Below are positions 9,704 through 20,414 of a stretch of DNA of 64,000 bases, piece by piece. Position 1 is the stretch's first letter; each line of letters opens with the position of its first letter. The DNA is from an uncultured Dehalococcoidales bacterium (GTDB taxonomy: Bacteria; Chloroflexota; Dehalococcoidia; GIF9; AB-539-J10), in NCBI GenBank assembly GCA_964509565.1, contig CAZDXE010000001.1, forward strand, positions 3,670-67,669. Reading direction: 5' to 3'. Position numbers and translations under genes: made by a program. The notes beneath the pieces are model-generated. The model saw only the letters and a list, made by a program, of their open reading frames with translations. It did not search any database and had not been told where the DNA came from.

Positions 9704-12164
9704 TGCCCAACTCTTGATGTAACCTATCAAGCATTTGCTGCTGTATTTTGTCAATCTGTTTCTCAGTTAAAGTACGCTTAGTTGATTGATAGATAATTCT
9801 TATAGCAAATGATTTCTTACCTTCTGGTATCTGTTTACCTGTGTAAAGATCAAAAAGAGTAGCATTCTTGACCAATGGGAAGTCTTGTATTATATTCTCC
9901 ACCTGCTGAAAAGCTGCTTGTTTATTTATTACCAATGCAATATCTCTGGTTATACTGGGAAACTGAGAGATAGGCTGGTATCGCTTTACCATACTTGCTT
10001 TGCTCATTAGTTTCTCTATATCCATCTCAATGAGGCAAACAGTGCTAGAGAGTTCGAATGCTTGTGCTACTCCGGGGTGTAAATTACCCACAACACCCAC
10101 TTTGTCTTTGCCAAGGATGACATCAGCACTTTTACCAAGGAATAAGCTTTCATCCTCACTGGGCTCAAACGCTGGAGCGAGCCCTAATTGTTTTAATAAT
10201 CCTTCTGCAATTCCCTTAGCATCGAAAAAATCGAACGATTCTCTATTACCACGCCACGATAATTCTCTTCTTGAATCGCTGAACGCAATACAAAGCATCT
10301 CTTTCTCTTGAGGTAATTCCTTCTTATGATGTGGGAATTGCTTTAGTTCCTTTTCGCCAGTTTCAAGATTTTGCTTCTTTGCACTAGCAGAGGAATGTTG
10401 TGGTAAGAAAATCTTGCCAATTTCAAATAACCTTATACCAGCTTCTTCATGCTTTTGATTACTTGCCAGTGTTGTTAGAAGACCAGCACGCAAGGTAGTA
10501 CGTAAGTATTCTTGTTCTTTTGTCATTGGGTTAGCTATTTGCAGAGGGGTAATCATTAGTTCGAATTTTGAGGAAAGTTTCTGAAGTTTTTCTAAGCTGG
10601 TCAAGGAATAGGTTAATATTTCTTGAAACCCCCAACCTGCCAGAGTATTGCGTAATTTCTGTTTGAAGCTACGTTGTGGCGTCAATCTTTGTGGTGGTAG
10701 AGAAGCGCTAAGCCGGGTTATGGGAATTTTATCGTAACCGATAATGCGGATTACTTCTTCTACAAGATCGGCAGTGCACTTTATATCACTACGCCAGTAT
10801 GGAGCAAGCACCGAGACTCCTGAGGGCACTGAATCAGCTTTTTGACATTCAAAGCCCATGGTATTCAATATTCTGAGAATTTCATTAGCGTTCACCTTCA
10901 AGCCTGAAAGTCGTTTTACCTCCTTAGGCGAGAGCAAAATGGCATTTGGTGTTGGTTTACCCGGGTAAACATCAATTATCCCTTCGGCGGCTTTGCCACC
11001 AGTTAGCTGCAGAAGCAATTGTGTCGCTCGTTTCAAGGCTACTGCTGGCAGATCTGGATTTAGTCCTTTGTCAAAGCGAATTGAAGCTTCACTTTTTAAA
11101 TTAAGCTGTTTAGCACTTCGTCGGATAGTGCCCCTGTTGAAATTTGCTGACTCGAGAAGAATAGCAGTAGTTGTATCAGTAACTTCCGTATCAAGCCCAC
11201 CCATGAGCCCAGCAATGGCAACTGGTTTTTCTATATCAGCGATGACCAGAGTATCCTGATTAAGGGTTCTCTCGATCTCATCCAGGCTCACTATAATTTC
11301 ACCACCTTTGGCGCGGCGGATGATAATTTGTTTACCATTTAGTTTATGATAATCAAAAGTGTGGAGAGGCTGGCCATATTCCAACATCACATAATTGCTG
11401 GCATCAACAACATTATTTATTGGACGCATCCCATAACTCCTCAGATATTGTTGTAGCCAGTCAGGCGACGGAGCGATTGTAACTCCAGTAATCAAGCTGG
11501 CACAATATCTGGGACATAAAACTGGCTCAATGATGTCAACAGAGATGAATTGGCCTATTGGTTTCTCAGCTTCCTCATAGCAAATTTGAGGTAAGTGAAG
11601 TGGTTTATCAGTTAAAGCAGCAATTTCCCTTGCAATGCCAATCATGGATAAGCAATCCGGGCGATTGGGAGTTACATCCAAATCGAAAATTACATCGCCC
11701 AGGTAATCATTCAACGGCATGCCTACGGGAGCTTCTGGTGACAGCACCAGAATATTGTCATGATTTTCGGAGATTCCCAATTCTTTTTCTGAGCAAACCA
11801 TGCCCTCTGATAAAATCCCGCGAATTCTAGTCGGTTTTAATAGCGCAACTTTTCCCGTATGACCATCGATAAGCTTAGCCCCTGTCTGGGCAAATGGAAC
11901 TTTCTGCCCTGCTCTGATATTAGGAGCGCCACAAATTACGGTAATTTGCTGAGGGCCAAGATTAACAGTTGCCAGATGCAGTTTATCGGCATTTGGATGA
12001 GGATTTACAGCAGTTACATGCCCCACTACCACATTATCCCAGTTACTGCCTATGGTTTGTATATCTTTGACTTCCATGCCAGCCATAGTTAACTTACTAG
12101 CTAATTCTTGATGCTCGGGGATTATGTCAACATAATCGCTCAGCCATTTAAGAGAAGTACGCAT
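9687..12164 (-). CDS. pheT: Phenylalanyl-tRNA synthetase beta subunit
   Basis: MRTSLKWLSDYVDI.. N-terminus and B3/B4, B5 and FDX-ACB domains. 825 aa. Convergent 17-nt overlap with the proS 3' end. Confidence 0.93.
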   Translation of the reverse strand: MRTSLKWLSDYVDIIPEHQELASKLTMAGMEVKDIQTIGSNWDNVVVGHVTAVNPHPNADKLHLATVNLGPQQITVICGAPNIRAGQKVPFAQTGAKLIDGHTGKVALLKPTRIRGILSEGMVCSEKELGISENHDNILVLSPEAPVGMPLNDYLGDVIFDLDVTPNRPDCLSMIGIAREIAALTDKPLHLPQICYEEAEKPIGQFISVDIIEPVLCPRYCASLITGVTIAPSPDWLQQYLRSYGMRPINNVVDASNYVMLEYGQPLHTFDYHKLNGKQIIIRRAKGGEIIVSLDEIERTLNQDTLVIADIEKPVAIAGLMGGLDTEVTDTTTAILLESANFNRGTIRRSAKQLNLKSEASIRFDKGLNPDLPAVALKRATQLLLQLTGGKAAEGIIDVYPGKPTPNAILLSPKEVKRLSGLKVNANEILRILNTMGFECQKADSVPSGVSVLAPYWRSDIKCTADLVEEVIRIIGYDKIPITRLSASLPPQRLTPQRSFKQKLRNTLAGWGFQEILTYSLTSLEKLQKLSSKFELMITPLQIANPMTKEQEYLRTTLRAGLLTTLASNQKHEEAGIRLFEIGKIFLPQHSSASAKKQNLETGEKELKQFPHHKKELPQEKEMLCIAFSDSRRELSWRGNRESFDFFDAKGIAEGLLKQLGLAPAFEPSEDESLFLGKSADVILGKDKVGVVGNLHPGVAQAFELSSTVCLIEMDIEKLMSKASMVKRYQPISQFPSITRDIALVINKQAAFQQVENIIQDFPLVKNATLFDLYTGKQIPEGKKSFAIRIIYQSTKRTLTEKQIDKIQQQMLDRLHQELGTTLRD

Positions 12165-12192
12165 ATTACTAACTGTTTATTAATTTTTAGAA

Positions 12193-13236
12193 TTAAAATT
12201 GCTTCAAGAATCTGAGATCGTTATTATAAAAGAGTCGTATGTCATCTATGCCATAACATAGCATAGGGATTCGTTCTACCCCCATACCAAAGGCAAACCC
12301 ACTGTATTTTTCAGGGTCAATGGCAACGCGTCTAAGGACATTAGGGTGCACCATTCCAGCACCTAATATCTCAAGCCATCCACTATAACCACATAAACGG
12401 CAACCATTCCCATGGCAATTTAAACATTCAACTGCTACTTCCACTCCTGGCTCAACAAAAGGAAAGTAATCACACCTGAAGCGCACTTTCCTTTCCTCAC
12501 CAAAAAGGCAATGGCAAAATTCAAACAAAGTACCTTTCAAATCAGCCATGGTGATATTCGTGTCTATGGCTAATCCTTCAACCTGGTAAAACATAGATTC
12601 ATGCGTAGCATCCGTGGCCTCATAGCGATAAGTCCGCCCGGGCACTAGTACTCTTATCGGCGGGCGTTCTTTTTCCATAACTCGTATTTGCATTGGAGAA
12701 GTATGTGTGCGCAAGAGCCTGGCTGGGTCACCAGTTTCTTCGGAATCTACCCACAAGGTAGCGAACATATCTCGTGCTGGATGTTCTGGCGGTATGTTTA
12801 GAGCTTCAAAATTATAGTAGTCCCACTCCACGTCTGGTCCTTCAGCTATTTGAAATCCCATCCGTGTGAAAATACTACAAATTTCATCAAGCGTTTGGGT
12901 CACGGGGTGGAGTCGCCCTGTGGGAATAAGTTGTCCTGGCAAAGTAATATCTAAGCCTTCTTGTTTCAAAAAAGAAGCCATGTGATCTTCTTCCAAAAGC
13001 TTCTTTTTCTCAGCCAGGCGCAATTCTAAGTCCACCTTGATTTCGTTAGCCAGAGAACCTGTTTTTCTCCGCTCATCTAAAGACAGGCTGGCTAACGAAC
13101 GCAGAGTTTGAGTTAGTTTACTTTTCTTGCCTGTGCAGCGAACTCTCCAAGATTCAAGTTCCTTAAGCTCACTAACTTGTTTTAATTCGTTTAGGGCTTC
13201 CAGATGAAGTTTTTCAAGCGACTTTATCATTTGCAT
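12193..13236 (-). CDS. pheS: Phenylalanyl-tRNA synthetase alpha subunit
   Basis: Class II catalytic core (..[32 protein letters not shown]..). Upstream of pheT. Confidence 0.93.
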   Translation of the reverse strand: MQMIKSLEKLHLEALNELKQVSELKELESWRVRCTGKKSKLTQTLRSLASLSLDERRKTGSLANEIKVDLELRLAEKKKLLEEDHMASFLKQEGLDITLPGQLIPTGRLHPVTQTLDEICSIFTRMGFQIAEGPDVEWDYYNFEALNIPPEHPARDMFATLWVDSEETGDPARLLRTHTSPMQIRVMEKERPPIRVLVPGRTYRYEATDATHESMFYQVEGLAIDTNITMADLKGTLFEFCHCLFGEERKVRFRCDYFPFVEPGVEVAVECLNCHGNGCRLCGYSGWLEILGAGMVHPNVLRRVAIDPEKYSGFAFGMGVERIPMLCYGIDDIRLFYNNDLRFLKQF

Positions 13237-13585
13237 CTTTAGATGAAACAGAGGTCAATAGTTTAGCGAATTCTTCAGGGTCATTGACTGCTATCTCAGC
13301 TAACATCTTACGATTTATCTCTACCTTAGCCTTCTTTAAGTTTGCTATAAATTGGCTATAGGAGAGCCCTTGAATTCGTGCCGCAGCGTTAATACGCGCA
13401 ATCCACAACTTTCTAAAATCGCCTTTTCGCTCACGTCGATGACAGTAAGCGTAGTCTAAAGCATGGAGCATAGATTCATGTGCCTGCCTATACAGGTTAT
13501 GCCTTGCCCCATGATGTCCCTTGGTTAGTTCAAGCACTTTTTTATGGCGCTGATGAGTGATTTTACCGCTTCTAGCTCGTGGCAA
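13214..13585 (-). CDS. rplT: 50S ribosomal protein L20
   Basis: [33 protein letters not shown].. aligns to L20 from its first residues. I place the start at the TTG at 13583-13585, 5 nt after an AAGGAGG SD. The ORF-track start at 13600 would include the SD in the coding sequence. Confidence 0.88.
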   Translation of the reverse strand: MPRARSGKITHQRHKKVLELTKGHHGARHNLYRQAHESMLHALDYAYCHRRERKGDFRKLWIARINAAARIQGLSYSQFIANLKKAKVEINRKMLAEIAVNDPEEFAKLLTSVSSKDANDKVA

Positions 13586-13603
13586 GATTCCTCCTTTCAA
13601 GCC

Positions 13604-13801
13604 TTATCCGTAAGGTAAAAGCTTTCTTATTCGTTTCCTATCTACTGGTGAAGTAGAAATAAGCTCATCATAAAGACGTTTGGCTCTCGGAGCCTTTCTC
13701 CGTCTAAAATGACTTTTGCCGCATTTAGTGCGTAATAGCTTACCCCCGCCTGTTATATGAAAGCGATGCTTCGCTCCCTTGTGAGTTTTAAGTTTTGGCA
13801 T
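13604..13801 (-). CDS. rpmI: 50S ribosomal protein L35
   Basis: MPKLKTHKGAKHRFHITGGGKLLR... is a canonical L35. Sits between infC and rplT. Confidence 0.9.
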   Translation of the reverse strand: MPKLKTHKGAKHRFHITGGGKLLRTKCGKSHFRRRKAPRAKRLYDELISTSPVDRKRIRKLLPYG

Positions 13802-14336
13802 TTGATTTCACCTTCATAGATTTTTTAGTAGAAGGAGCTGAAAAAGTTAAAGCTATACTCCTCCTGTCCTTAACAGGTTGGTTGCTGGCTACAGCTTCTT
13901 CTTTCAGTGCCTCTGCTACTCTTTTTAATACTTTCCAGCCCATCTCTGGATAAATAATCTCCCGTCCTCTAAATCTCACTGATATCTTTACTTTATTGCC
14001 TTCGCCTAACAATTTCCTAACTGCCCTGATTTTCGCTTGTAAATCATGATCCTCAATTTTTGGACGAAAGCGAATTTCCTTCAGCAAACCAACTTTTTGT
14101 CCCTTCTTCGACTTGCGTTCTTTTTTAGCCTGCTCGTATTTATATTTTCCGTAATCAAGAAGCCTACACACTGGAGGCGTCGCTGACGGCGCTATTTCCA
14201 CCAAATCAAGACCACGCTCCTGAGCAGCTTGTAATGCTTCCAATCTGGGCAATATGCCCAGCTGCTCTCCCTTTTCACCTATGAGCCTAACTTCCCTGGC
14301 TCTAATCTTTTGGTTAACTGCTATATATTTAGCTAT
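13788..14336 (-). CDS. infC: Translation initiation factor IF-3, with inferred non-AUG start
   Basis: The track ORF starts at TTG (14250-14252), inside the conserved IF3 N-domain. Reading the same frame upstream by hand gives ..TIAKYIAVNQKIRAREVRLIGEKGEQLGI-LPRLEALQAAQERGLDLVEIAP.., which matches the IF3 N-terminus. There is no in-frame ATG, GTG or TTG upstream before a stop. An ATA at 14334-14336 lies 12 nt after GGAGGG. infC is known to use AUU/AUA-type starts for autoregulation. Confidence 0.78.
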   Translation of the reverse strand: MAKYIAVNQKIRAREVRLIGEKGEQLGILPRLEALQAAQERGLDLVEIAPSATPPVCRLLDYGKYKYEQAKKERKSKKGQKVGLLKEIRFRPKIEDHDLQAKIRAVRKLLGEGNKVKISVRFRGREIIYPEMGWKVLKRVAEALKEEAVASNQPVKDRRSIALTFSAPSTKKSMKVKSNAKT

Positions 14337-14361
14337 AGTACTTTCACTCCCTCCTGAAAAT

Positions 14362-16107
14362 TTAAGCCTTGGATTGTATGGCTGCTACTATCCTCGTTTT
14401 AATCTGCAGTAAATCTTCTAAACTTATATTCTTGCCATCCCTTAAGCGAAGCGACGCGCTGGACGAAGTTGCTTCTTTATCGCCAACTATGAGCATGTAT
14501 GGTATTTTTTGCAACTGAGCCTCGCGTATTTTTAGATTCATTCTTTCGGAGCGGTTATCAACCTCAGTGCGAATACCCTCTTTCCTGAATTCAACTCCTA
14601 TTTGTTGCGCATAATCGATATGGCGATCTGCTATAGGTATTATTATAGCCTGAATCGGTGCTAACCATACAGGAAAAGCACCACCATAGTGCTCAATCAG
14701 GCAAGCTAAGAAACGTTCCATGCTGCCTAAAACTGTACGATGCACCATTATTACATTATGCTCTAATCCATCATCTCCAATGTAACAGACATTGAAGCGT
14801 CGCGGCAAGTTGAAGTCGACCTGTATGGTAGGGCCTTGCCATGCATGCCCTAAAGCATCTCTAAGTTTGATGTCAATCTTAGGACCATAGAAAACTCCCT
14901 CACCCGGATCTATATTGTAAGGCAGTTCAAGTTCCTGTAGAACACTCTCCAAAGATTCTGTAGCCTGCTCCCACATCTGAATGCTCCCCGTGTATTTCTC
15001 TGGGCGTGTGGACAATAGCACTTCGTAATCCGGGAAACCAAAAGTAGACATCATAAATTGTGCTAACCTCACAACTCCTATCACCTCTTCTTCCAATTGG
15101 TCAGGGCGACAAAAAATATGTGCATCATCTTGAGTAAACCCTCTTACCCTGGCTAAACCATGTAAAACGCCAGCTCGCTCATAGCGATACACTGTACCTA
15201 ATTCTGCATAGCGTAATGGTAAATCGCGATAGCTACGCATATGGCTCTTAAAAATCAAGATATGCCCCAGACAATTCATGGGTTTTATTATGTATTGTTG
15301 CCCCTCTACTTCCATTGGTGAATATAAATAATCTCGATAAAAATCCCAATGCCCACTAGTTTTCCATAAATCTAGCCTCGCTACATGCGGAGTGTAGACA
15401 ATACTATAACCTCTACTAATATGTTCTCTTCTCCAGAGGTCCTCAACAATCTGCCGTACCAAAGCGCCCTTGGGGTGCCAACAAATTAGGCCTGGCCCAA
15501 TTTCTTCGTGAATGCTATAGAGATCAAGTTCTTTGCCTAATTTTCTATGGTCACGTTTAGCAGCCTCTGTCTGCCGCGTCAAGTAATTTTCAAGTTCGGC
15601 CTGACTATCAAAGGCAACTCCATAAATTCTCTGAAGCATGGGACGTTTCTCATCGCCCCTCCAGTATGCTCCAGCTATATGGGTAAGCTTGAGAGCTTTT
15701 ATTTCACCTGTAGAAGCTACATGGGGGCCACGACACAGGTCAGTAAAATCGCCTTGTTTATAGATAGTCACTGAGCTATCAGGAAGGTCAGCGATGAGTT
15801 CCAGTTTGTAAGGTTGAGTGGCAAATAGTTGCCGTGCCGTTTCCTTATTTATTTCCTCGCTGGTAAAAGGCAAATTAGCATCAATAATTTTCTTCATTCT
15901 ATCTTCAATCACAGGCAAATCTTTGGGCTTCAATGGACGCGATAGGTCAAAATCATAATAAAAACCATCTTCGATCGCTGGTCCAATACCAAACTTAACC
16001 TCGGGGAAAAGAGATTGTATTGCTTGGGCCATGACATGCGCAGCAGAGTGACGCATCTTTGACAATTTTTCTTCTGGCTCCACCTTAGATTTCGTCTCGC
16101 AATTCAA
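14362..16107 (-). CDS. thrS: Threonyl-tRNA synthetase (short form lacking the N-terminal TGS domain)
   Basis: RHSAAHVMAQAI editing-domain motif, class II core and C-terminal anticodon-binding domain. 581 aa against about 640 for the E. coli-type enzyme. Confidence 0.92.
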   Translation of the reverse strand: MNCETKSKVEPEEKLSKMRHSAAHVMAQAIQSLFPEVKFGIGPAIEDGFYYDFDLSRPLKPKDLPVIEDRMKKIIDANLPFTSEEINKETARQLFATQPYKLELIADLPDSSVTIYKQGDFTDLCRGPHVASTGEIKALKLTHIAGAYWRGDEKRPMLQRIYGVAFDSQAELENYLTRQTEAAKRDHRKLGKELDLYSIHEEIGPGLICWHPKGALVRQIVEDLWRREHISRGYSIVYTPHVARLDLWKTSGHWDFYRDYLYSPMEVEGQQYIIKPMNCLGHILIFKSHMRSYRDLPLRYAELGTVYRYERAGVLHGLARVRGFTQDDAHIFCRPDQLEEEVIGVVRLAQFMMSTFGFPDYEVLLSTRPEKYTGSIQMWEQATESLESVLQELELPYNIDPGEGVFYGPKIDIKLRDALGHAWQGPTIQVDFNLPRRFNVCYIGDDGLEHNVIMVHRTVLGSMERFLACLIEHYGGAFPVWLAPIQAIIIPIADRHIDYAQQIGVEFRKEGIRTEVDNRSERMNLKIREAQLQKIPYMLIVGDKEATSSSASLRLRDGKNISLEDLLQIKTRIVAAIQSKA

Positions 16108-16155
16108 TCAAAAATTCCATCCACTCATCTTTATATTCTACTGTTTCGTCTAACA

Positions 16156-16228
16156 TGGGCGATACTGGATTTGAACCAGTGACCTCTGCGATGTCAACGC
16201 AGCGCTCTAACCACTGAGCTAACCGCCC
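16156..16228 (-). tRNA. tRNA-Val (anticodon GAC)
   Basis: The reverse complement folds as a cloverleaf: acceptor GGGCGGT/ATCGCCC (one G-U pair), D-arm GCTC..GAGC, anticodon stem CTGCG/CGCAG with loop TTGACAT, T-arm ACTGG-TTCAAAT-CCAGT. Discriminator A, CCA not encoded. The overlapping 67-aa ORF (16085-16288) is spurious. Confidence 0.9.
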
Positions 16229-16404
16229 CAAGTGACGATTGTAGCAAACGCATATACGTAGGTCAAGAAAAAGTCTCTTCCAACACAAGGTGAGTCTGAG
16301 AGAAAAGGCAACTTAATTACAATTGAAGCATACAACCCATCATAAACCCTGGAAACATACAAACAATCGAATAAATCAGGCAATGAGGCTGGTTTCCTTG
16401 AGTC

Positions 16405-17191
16405 CTATCTCTTTTGCTCCTGTATTATGTTGCCCCCATCAATCACTATTTCCGTCCCCGTTATGTATTTCGATTCCTCTGAAGCTAGAAACACCGCAAG
16501 ATCGCCAACTTCGTCTATTGACCCCATCCTGCCAAATGGTATGGAATCTGAGAATTCTTTCAGATATTCATCCAGGGACATACCCATCTCGCTTGCTGAC
16601 TCCCGCATCCCAGGTGTGTCTATATAGCCAGGGCATATAGCATTAACATTTATACTATGTTCCGCTACCTCAAGTGCCAGCGCTCTGGTAAACCCGGATA
16701 CAGCTCCTTTGGAAGCTGAATAAATCGTTTCCCTCTTAGCAGCAACCATCGGCCCAGTCACAGATGATATATTAATAATCTTTCCGTATTTTTGCTTTAT
16801 CATGCCCTGAATCACAGCCTTTGTGCAGTTCCATACCCCTTTGATATTGATATCTATAACGCTATCCCGAACATCATCTGGCATCTCAACAAATAGCATT
16901 TCAGGATATACTCCTGCATTATTGACGAGTATATCCACTCTCCCAAACTGCTTTAATACTTGCTGCACTGCTAAATTTACTTCAGCGGCATTGGCCACAT
17001 CTACCTTGAATGCAATTGCTTTTCGTCCCAAGTCGCTTATGCCTTTCGCAGTTTTTCTGACCGTATCATGTCGGCCAAAGAGAGCCACAGTCGCGCCTTC
17101 CCGTGCCAGCGCCCTCGCTATGCCTTCGCCAATACCTGCTGCTGCCCCCGTGACAATGCTTACTCTACCTTTCAACCTCTGCGTATCCATT
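16405..17191 (-). CDS. SDR-family oxidoreductase (3-oxoacyl-ACP reductase-like)
   Basis: VSIVTGAAAGIGEGIARALAREGATV glycine motif, NNAG, and the S..Y..K catalytic region. Start placed at the ATG at 17189-17191, preceded by GGAGG; the ORF-track extension is not used. Confidence 0.85.
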
Positions 17192-17627
17192 GCTACGTTA
17201 ACCTCCTCTCTCTTTTTAGCTGGAAGGAACTGGGGTCTCTGGATCTTATAGCTCAAATTGAACCAGAAGAACCATGCCCTGCTTGTTTCAACTCAAGGAG
17301 AAGCATAGCAAACATGTGACAGGAGAATAAAGTAAGTCTGTAAATCAGGTGATTAAGAATTATAGAGATCACGATTTTGACAGGAAATTACCAATCGGTT
17401 TTTAGAAGAGCTTACTTCAAGAGAGTAGTACATGGGACTTGGGGGAACATTGCCCAGTAATGCATTTGCAGCCGCAGCACTAAGAGCAATGTTAGAGCAT
17501 GCCATGACTGAATCAGCATATGAGCACCTGGTTCACTTTGCTAAGGTGTTTAGCGAATTCGCGGACGAGTTAAACGGATGAAAAAGGTTAGTATGTTTAC
17601 CCTGCGAATGGGTATGTTCCATATGTA

Positions 17628-17703
17628 TGGTCGGGGTGAGAGGATTTGAACCTCCGGCCTCATGGTCCCAAACCATGCGCGCTACCAACTGCGCTACACC
17701 CCG
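17628..17703 (-). tRNA. tRNA-Pro (anticodon TGG), 3' CCA encoded
   Basis: Reverse complement CGGGGTGTAGCGCAGTTGGTAGCGCGCATGGTTTGGGACCATGAGGCCGGAGGTTCAAATCCTCTCACCCCGACCA. Anticodon loop TTTGGGA gives TGG with G37. The overlapping 61-aa ORF is spurious. Confidence 0.9.
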
Positions 17704-17794
17704 ACAAAATCCCCACAAGAATAACAGATTTCATGAGGGAACTCATTTCATAACAAGAATATAACTTAGTAGCTCGGCAGGGTCAAAAAATAGT

Positions 17795-18520
17795 TTATCT
17801 ACAATCGGGGCAAACATCAAAGAAATCCAATGGCAAACCAGCTTTCCCTCGCATATATTCCACCTGCTCTTCGGGAACCCAGTAGTTACCGCAGATTTTA
17901 CATTTCTTCAACTTGAATTCCTTTTTCCAATTGCGGGCATAGAGGGTTCTGGTATCTCCCCTATCCTCTATTTTTATAGCCCCAGTAGGGCAAACATAAG
18001 CACAAGAGCCACAACCTATACAAGCTGAAGAAGGCTCAAAAAAAGGTGGTGCCACTTCCCTATTCACCCCACGATTAACCAGGCTAATAGCACTTCTCTC
18101 TACAACTTGTTCACAAGCCCTAACACATAAGCCGCAAAGAATGCAATCTTTATCCTCCAGGTATTCAGGGTCAAATGGCGCTTGCTCAATGCCCATACTG
18201 GAAGCCAGTTCTTTTATAACCTTATTTTGAGAACAGCGAGCCAGGAGTAATTCCATTATCACTTTGCGGTTACTTATAACACGAGCTGAATTAGTTTTAA
18301 CTTCAAGTCCTTCTTCTATTGGGTAAATACAGGAAGTTACTAAACGGGAACGGCCATTTTTGAATATTTCCACCATACAGAGACGGCAAGCTCCATAAGA
18401 AGCTAAATTTTCATGGTAGCAGAGAGTAGGTATATTGATACCTTTCTCTCTGGCTACTTCGAGTATTGTTTGCCCTTCTTCTGTTTCTATCTTCTTTCCA
18501 TCAATATTGAGTGTTATCAT
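17795..18520 (-). CDS. HoxU/NuoG-N-terminal-like iron-sulfur protein ([2Fe-2S] plus two [4Fe-4S]), with no catalytic hydrogenase or formate dehydrogenase domain
   Basis: N-terminal plant-type 2Fe-2S motif C..(x10)..C..C...(x13)..C (TLCYHENLASYGACRLCMVEIFKNGRSRLVTSC), then CILCGLCVRAC and CIGCGSCAYVCP 4Fe-4S motifs, and a C-terminal Cys-rich tail. No H-cluster motifs. 241 aa. Confidence 0.8.
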   Translation of the reverse strand: MITLNIDGKKIETEEGQTILEVAREKGINIPTLCYHENLASYGACRLCMVEIFKNGRSRLVTSCIYPIEEGLEVKTNSARVISNRKVIMELLLARCSQNKVIKELASSMGIEQAPFDPEYLEDKDCILCGLCVRACEQVVERSAISLVNRGVNREVAPPFFEPSSACIGCGSCAYVCPTGAIKIEDRGDTRTLYARNWKKEFKLKKCKICGNYWVPEEQVEYMRGKAGLPLDFFDVCPDCR

Positions 18521-18527
18521 TCTTGGT

Positions 18528-20414
18528 TTACCTTATGCCCACAGCTCCCAATTTACAAACATCTTTACAGATACCACACTTGATGCATTTACTCTGATCC
18601 AGAGCTACTGGTTTTTTCTTGCCCTTGAAAGCTATAGCTTCCACGGGGCAAGCTTTTTCACAAAGTCGACAACCTGGGCATTTATCCTCTTTTATGTAAT
18701 ATTGAATCAAGGCTTTACACACACCGGCGGGACATTTCTTCTCTTTGATGTGTGCTTCATATTCATCTCCGAAATAACGGATAGTGGAGAGCACTGGATT
18801 AGGGGCAGTTTTACCCAAAGCGCATAATGAGCAATCCTGCAAAGTAGCAGATAAACGCTCCAAAAGTTCAATATCTCCCTCTTTCCCTTTCCCTTCAGTG
18901 ATGTTATTTAATATCTGGCGCATTCTTTTTATGCCCTCACGACAGGGAACACACTTGCCACACGATTCTTCCTCCAGAAAAGTGAGGAAATATTTAGCGG
19001 TATCCACCATACAAGTATCCTCGTCCATAACAATCATGCCACCTGACCCCATCATTGAGCCTGCCTTGCTCAGTTCATCGAAATCCACAGGCATATCAAG
19101 CATGCTTTCAGGAATAACACCACCAGATGGGCCTCCAGTCTGTACACCTTTGAATTTTCTCCCATCTTTTATGCCTCCGCCAATATCATAAATAACTTCC
19201 CGTAGTGTCATTCCCATAGGCACCTCTACCAGCCCAGTATTGTTTACCTTACCCACCAGTGAGAAAATTTTTGTTCCTTTACTTCCTTCAGTGCCTATAG
19301 CTTTAAACCAATCAGCGCCTTTATTAACTATTAAAGGCACATTTGCCAGGGTTTCCACATTATTCAAGTTACTGGGTTTATCCCACAGACCTTTTTCCAC
19401 CGTGTGAGTGTATTTAGCTCTGGGCTCTCCGGCCCTACCTTCCAGAGACGCCATTAAGGCAGTTGATTCGCCGCAAACAAAAGCGCCACCACCTCTGTTA
19501 ATGTGAACAACAAAGTCAAAGCCAGAGCCAAGGATATTTTCACCTAAAAAACCTAGCTGTCCTGCCTGCTCTATGGCTATCGTGGCATTTTCCACCGCTA
19601 AAGGATATTCGTTACGCACATAAATATAGCCTTCGTGAGAGCCAATAGCATAAGCGCATATTATTAATCCTTCAAGAACACTATGAGGATTACCTTCGAG
19701 TAGGCTTCTGTCAGAGTAAACTCCTGGGTCACCCTCATCACAATTAGCGATAACATACTTGGGTTCTCCTGTAGCGTTACGGCAGAATTGCCATTTCTGC
19801 CCCGTAGGAAATCCTCCGCCCCCACACCCCCTCAACCCTGAACGTTTGATCTCCTCTATCGTCTCTTCCGGAGTCAATTCAAAGAATACTTTAGCTAAAG
19901 CCGAATAGCCACCCAACGCAATATAATCCTCAATATTGTTAGGATCAATTTCGCCATTATTGCCAAAAACGATTCTTTTCTGTCTTTTATAAAAAGGTAT
20001 CTCGGCAGGATGTATATATTTTTTTCCGCTGGCAGGGTCAATATACAGCAACCTGTCAACAATCCTGCCGTCGATAACAGTATCCTTTATAATTTGAGAT
20101 ATATCCTTTACCTCCACCTTTTGATAAAAAACATCGCCGGGCTGGATGATAACAATCGGTCCTCGTTCGCAAAAGCCATGACACCCTGTAGTTTTTATGT
20201 TAACTTTATCAGTGAGATTCTGAGTTGCTACCTCCTGTCTAAGAGCCTCTGTAACCTCTACACACCCACTAGCATGGCATCCTGTGCCATTGCACACGGT
20301 AATGAGCGACTTGTCTCTCTCCCCTTCTTTTTTCGCCTGTACCTTCTTTTTTAGATTTTCTAAATCGCGTAAAGAGTTAATCTTGCCCACTAGCAAACTC
20401 CCATAATTATTCAT
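18528..20414 (-). CDS. NuoF/HoxF/HndC-like NAD(P)H-binding flavoprotein with N-terminal [2Fe-2S] and C-terminal 2x[4Fe-4S] domains
   Basis: 628 aa. N-terminal thioredoxin-like 2Fe-2S region ([14 protein letters not shown]..), the 51-kDa NADH/FMN core ([13 protein letters not shown].., ..CGESTAL..), and C-terminal CPxCxxCxxAC ferredoxin motifs. Confidence 0.85.
   Translation of the reverse strand: MNNYGSLLVGKINSLRDLENLKKKVQAKKEGERDKSLITVCNGTGCHASGCVEVTEALRQEVATQNLTDKVNIKTTGCHGFCERGPIVIIQPGDVFYQKVEVKDISQIIKDTVIDGRIVDRLLYIDPASGKKYIHPAEIPFYKRQKRIVFGNNGEIDPNNIEDYIALGGYSALAKVFFELTPEETIEEIKRSGLRGCGGGGFPTGQKWQFCRNATGEPKYVIANCDEGDPGVYSDRSLLEGNPHSVLEGLIICAYAIGSHEGYIYVRNEYPLAVENATIAIEQAGQLGFLGENILGSGFDFVVHINRGGGAFVCGESTALMASLEGRAGEPRAKYTHTVEKGLWDKPSNLNNVETLANVPLIVNKGADWFKAIGTEGSKGTKIFSLVGKVNNTGLVEVPMGMTLREVIYDIGGGIKDGRKFKGVQTGGPSGGVIPESMLDMPVDFDELSKAGSMMGSGGMIVMDEDTCMVDTAKYFLTFLEEESCGKCVPCREGIKRMRQILNNITEGKGKEGDIELLERLSATLQDCSLCALGKTAPNPVLSTIRYFGDEYEAHIKEKKCPAGVCKALIQYYIKEDKCPGCRLCEKACPVEAIAFKGKKKPVALDQSKCIKCGICKDVCKLGAVGIR

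Noticed and set aside
10000-10311. Antisense ORFs of 60-135 aa inside pheT, the NuoF-like gene, thrS, AOR, IorA and others (for example 10000-10311, 18784-19191, 20010-20354, 45134-45361)
   Set aside because: They are embedded opposite long, well-supported genes, have no SD and no recognisable motifs, and show low-complexity, high Ser/Pro/Cys composition typical of antisense frames.
13586-13600. ORF-track N-terminal extension of L20 (MKGGI...)
   Set aside because: The codons for KGG are the AAGGAGG Shine-Dalgarno itself. L20 homology begins exactly at the TTG-initiated PRARSG.
16085-16288. 67-aa ORF (MCWKRLFLDLRICV...) on the minus strand
   Set aside because: It completely overlaps a well-folded tRNA-Val(GAC) gene on the same strand. 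The ..GSNPV.. peptide is an artefact of translating a T-arm.
17533-17718. 61-aa ORF (MWGFCRGVAQLVARMV...) on the minus strand
   Set aside because: Overlaps tRNA-Pro(TGG); same artefact type.
17795-18520. Annotating the 241-aa Fe-S protein as an [FeFe]-hydrogenase (HymC/HydA)
   Set aside because: No H-cluster motifs (TSCCPxW, MPCxxK, ExMACxxGC) are present. Only ferredoxin-type 2Fe-2S and 4Fe-4S motifs are, so it is HoxU/NuoG-N-like and not a catalytic subunit.
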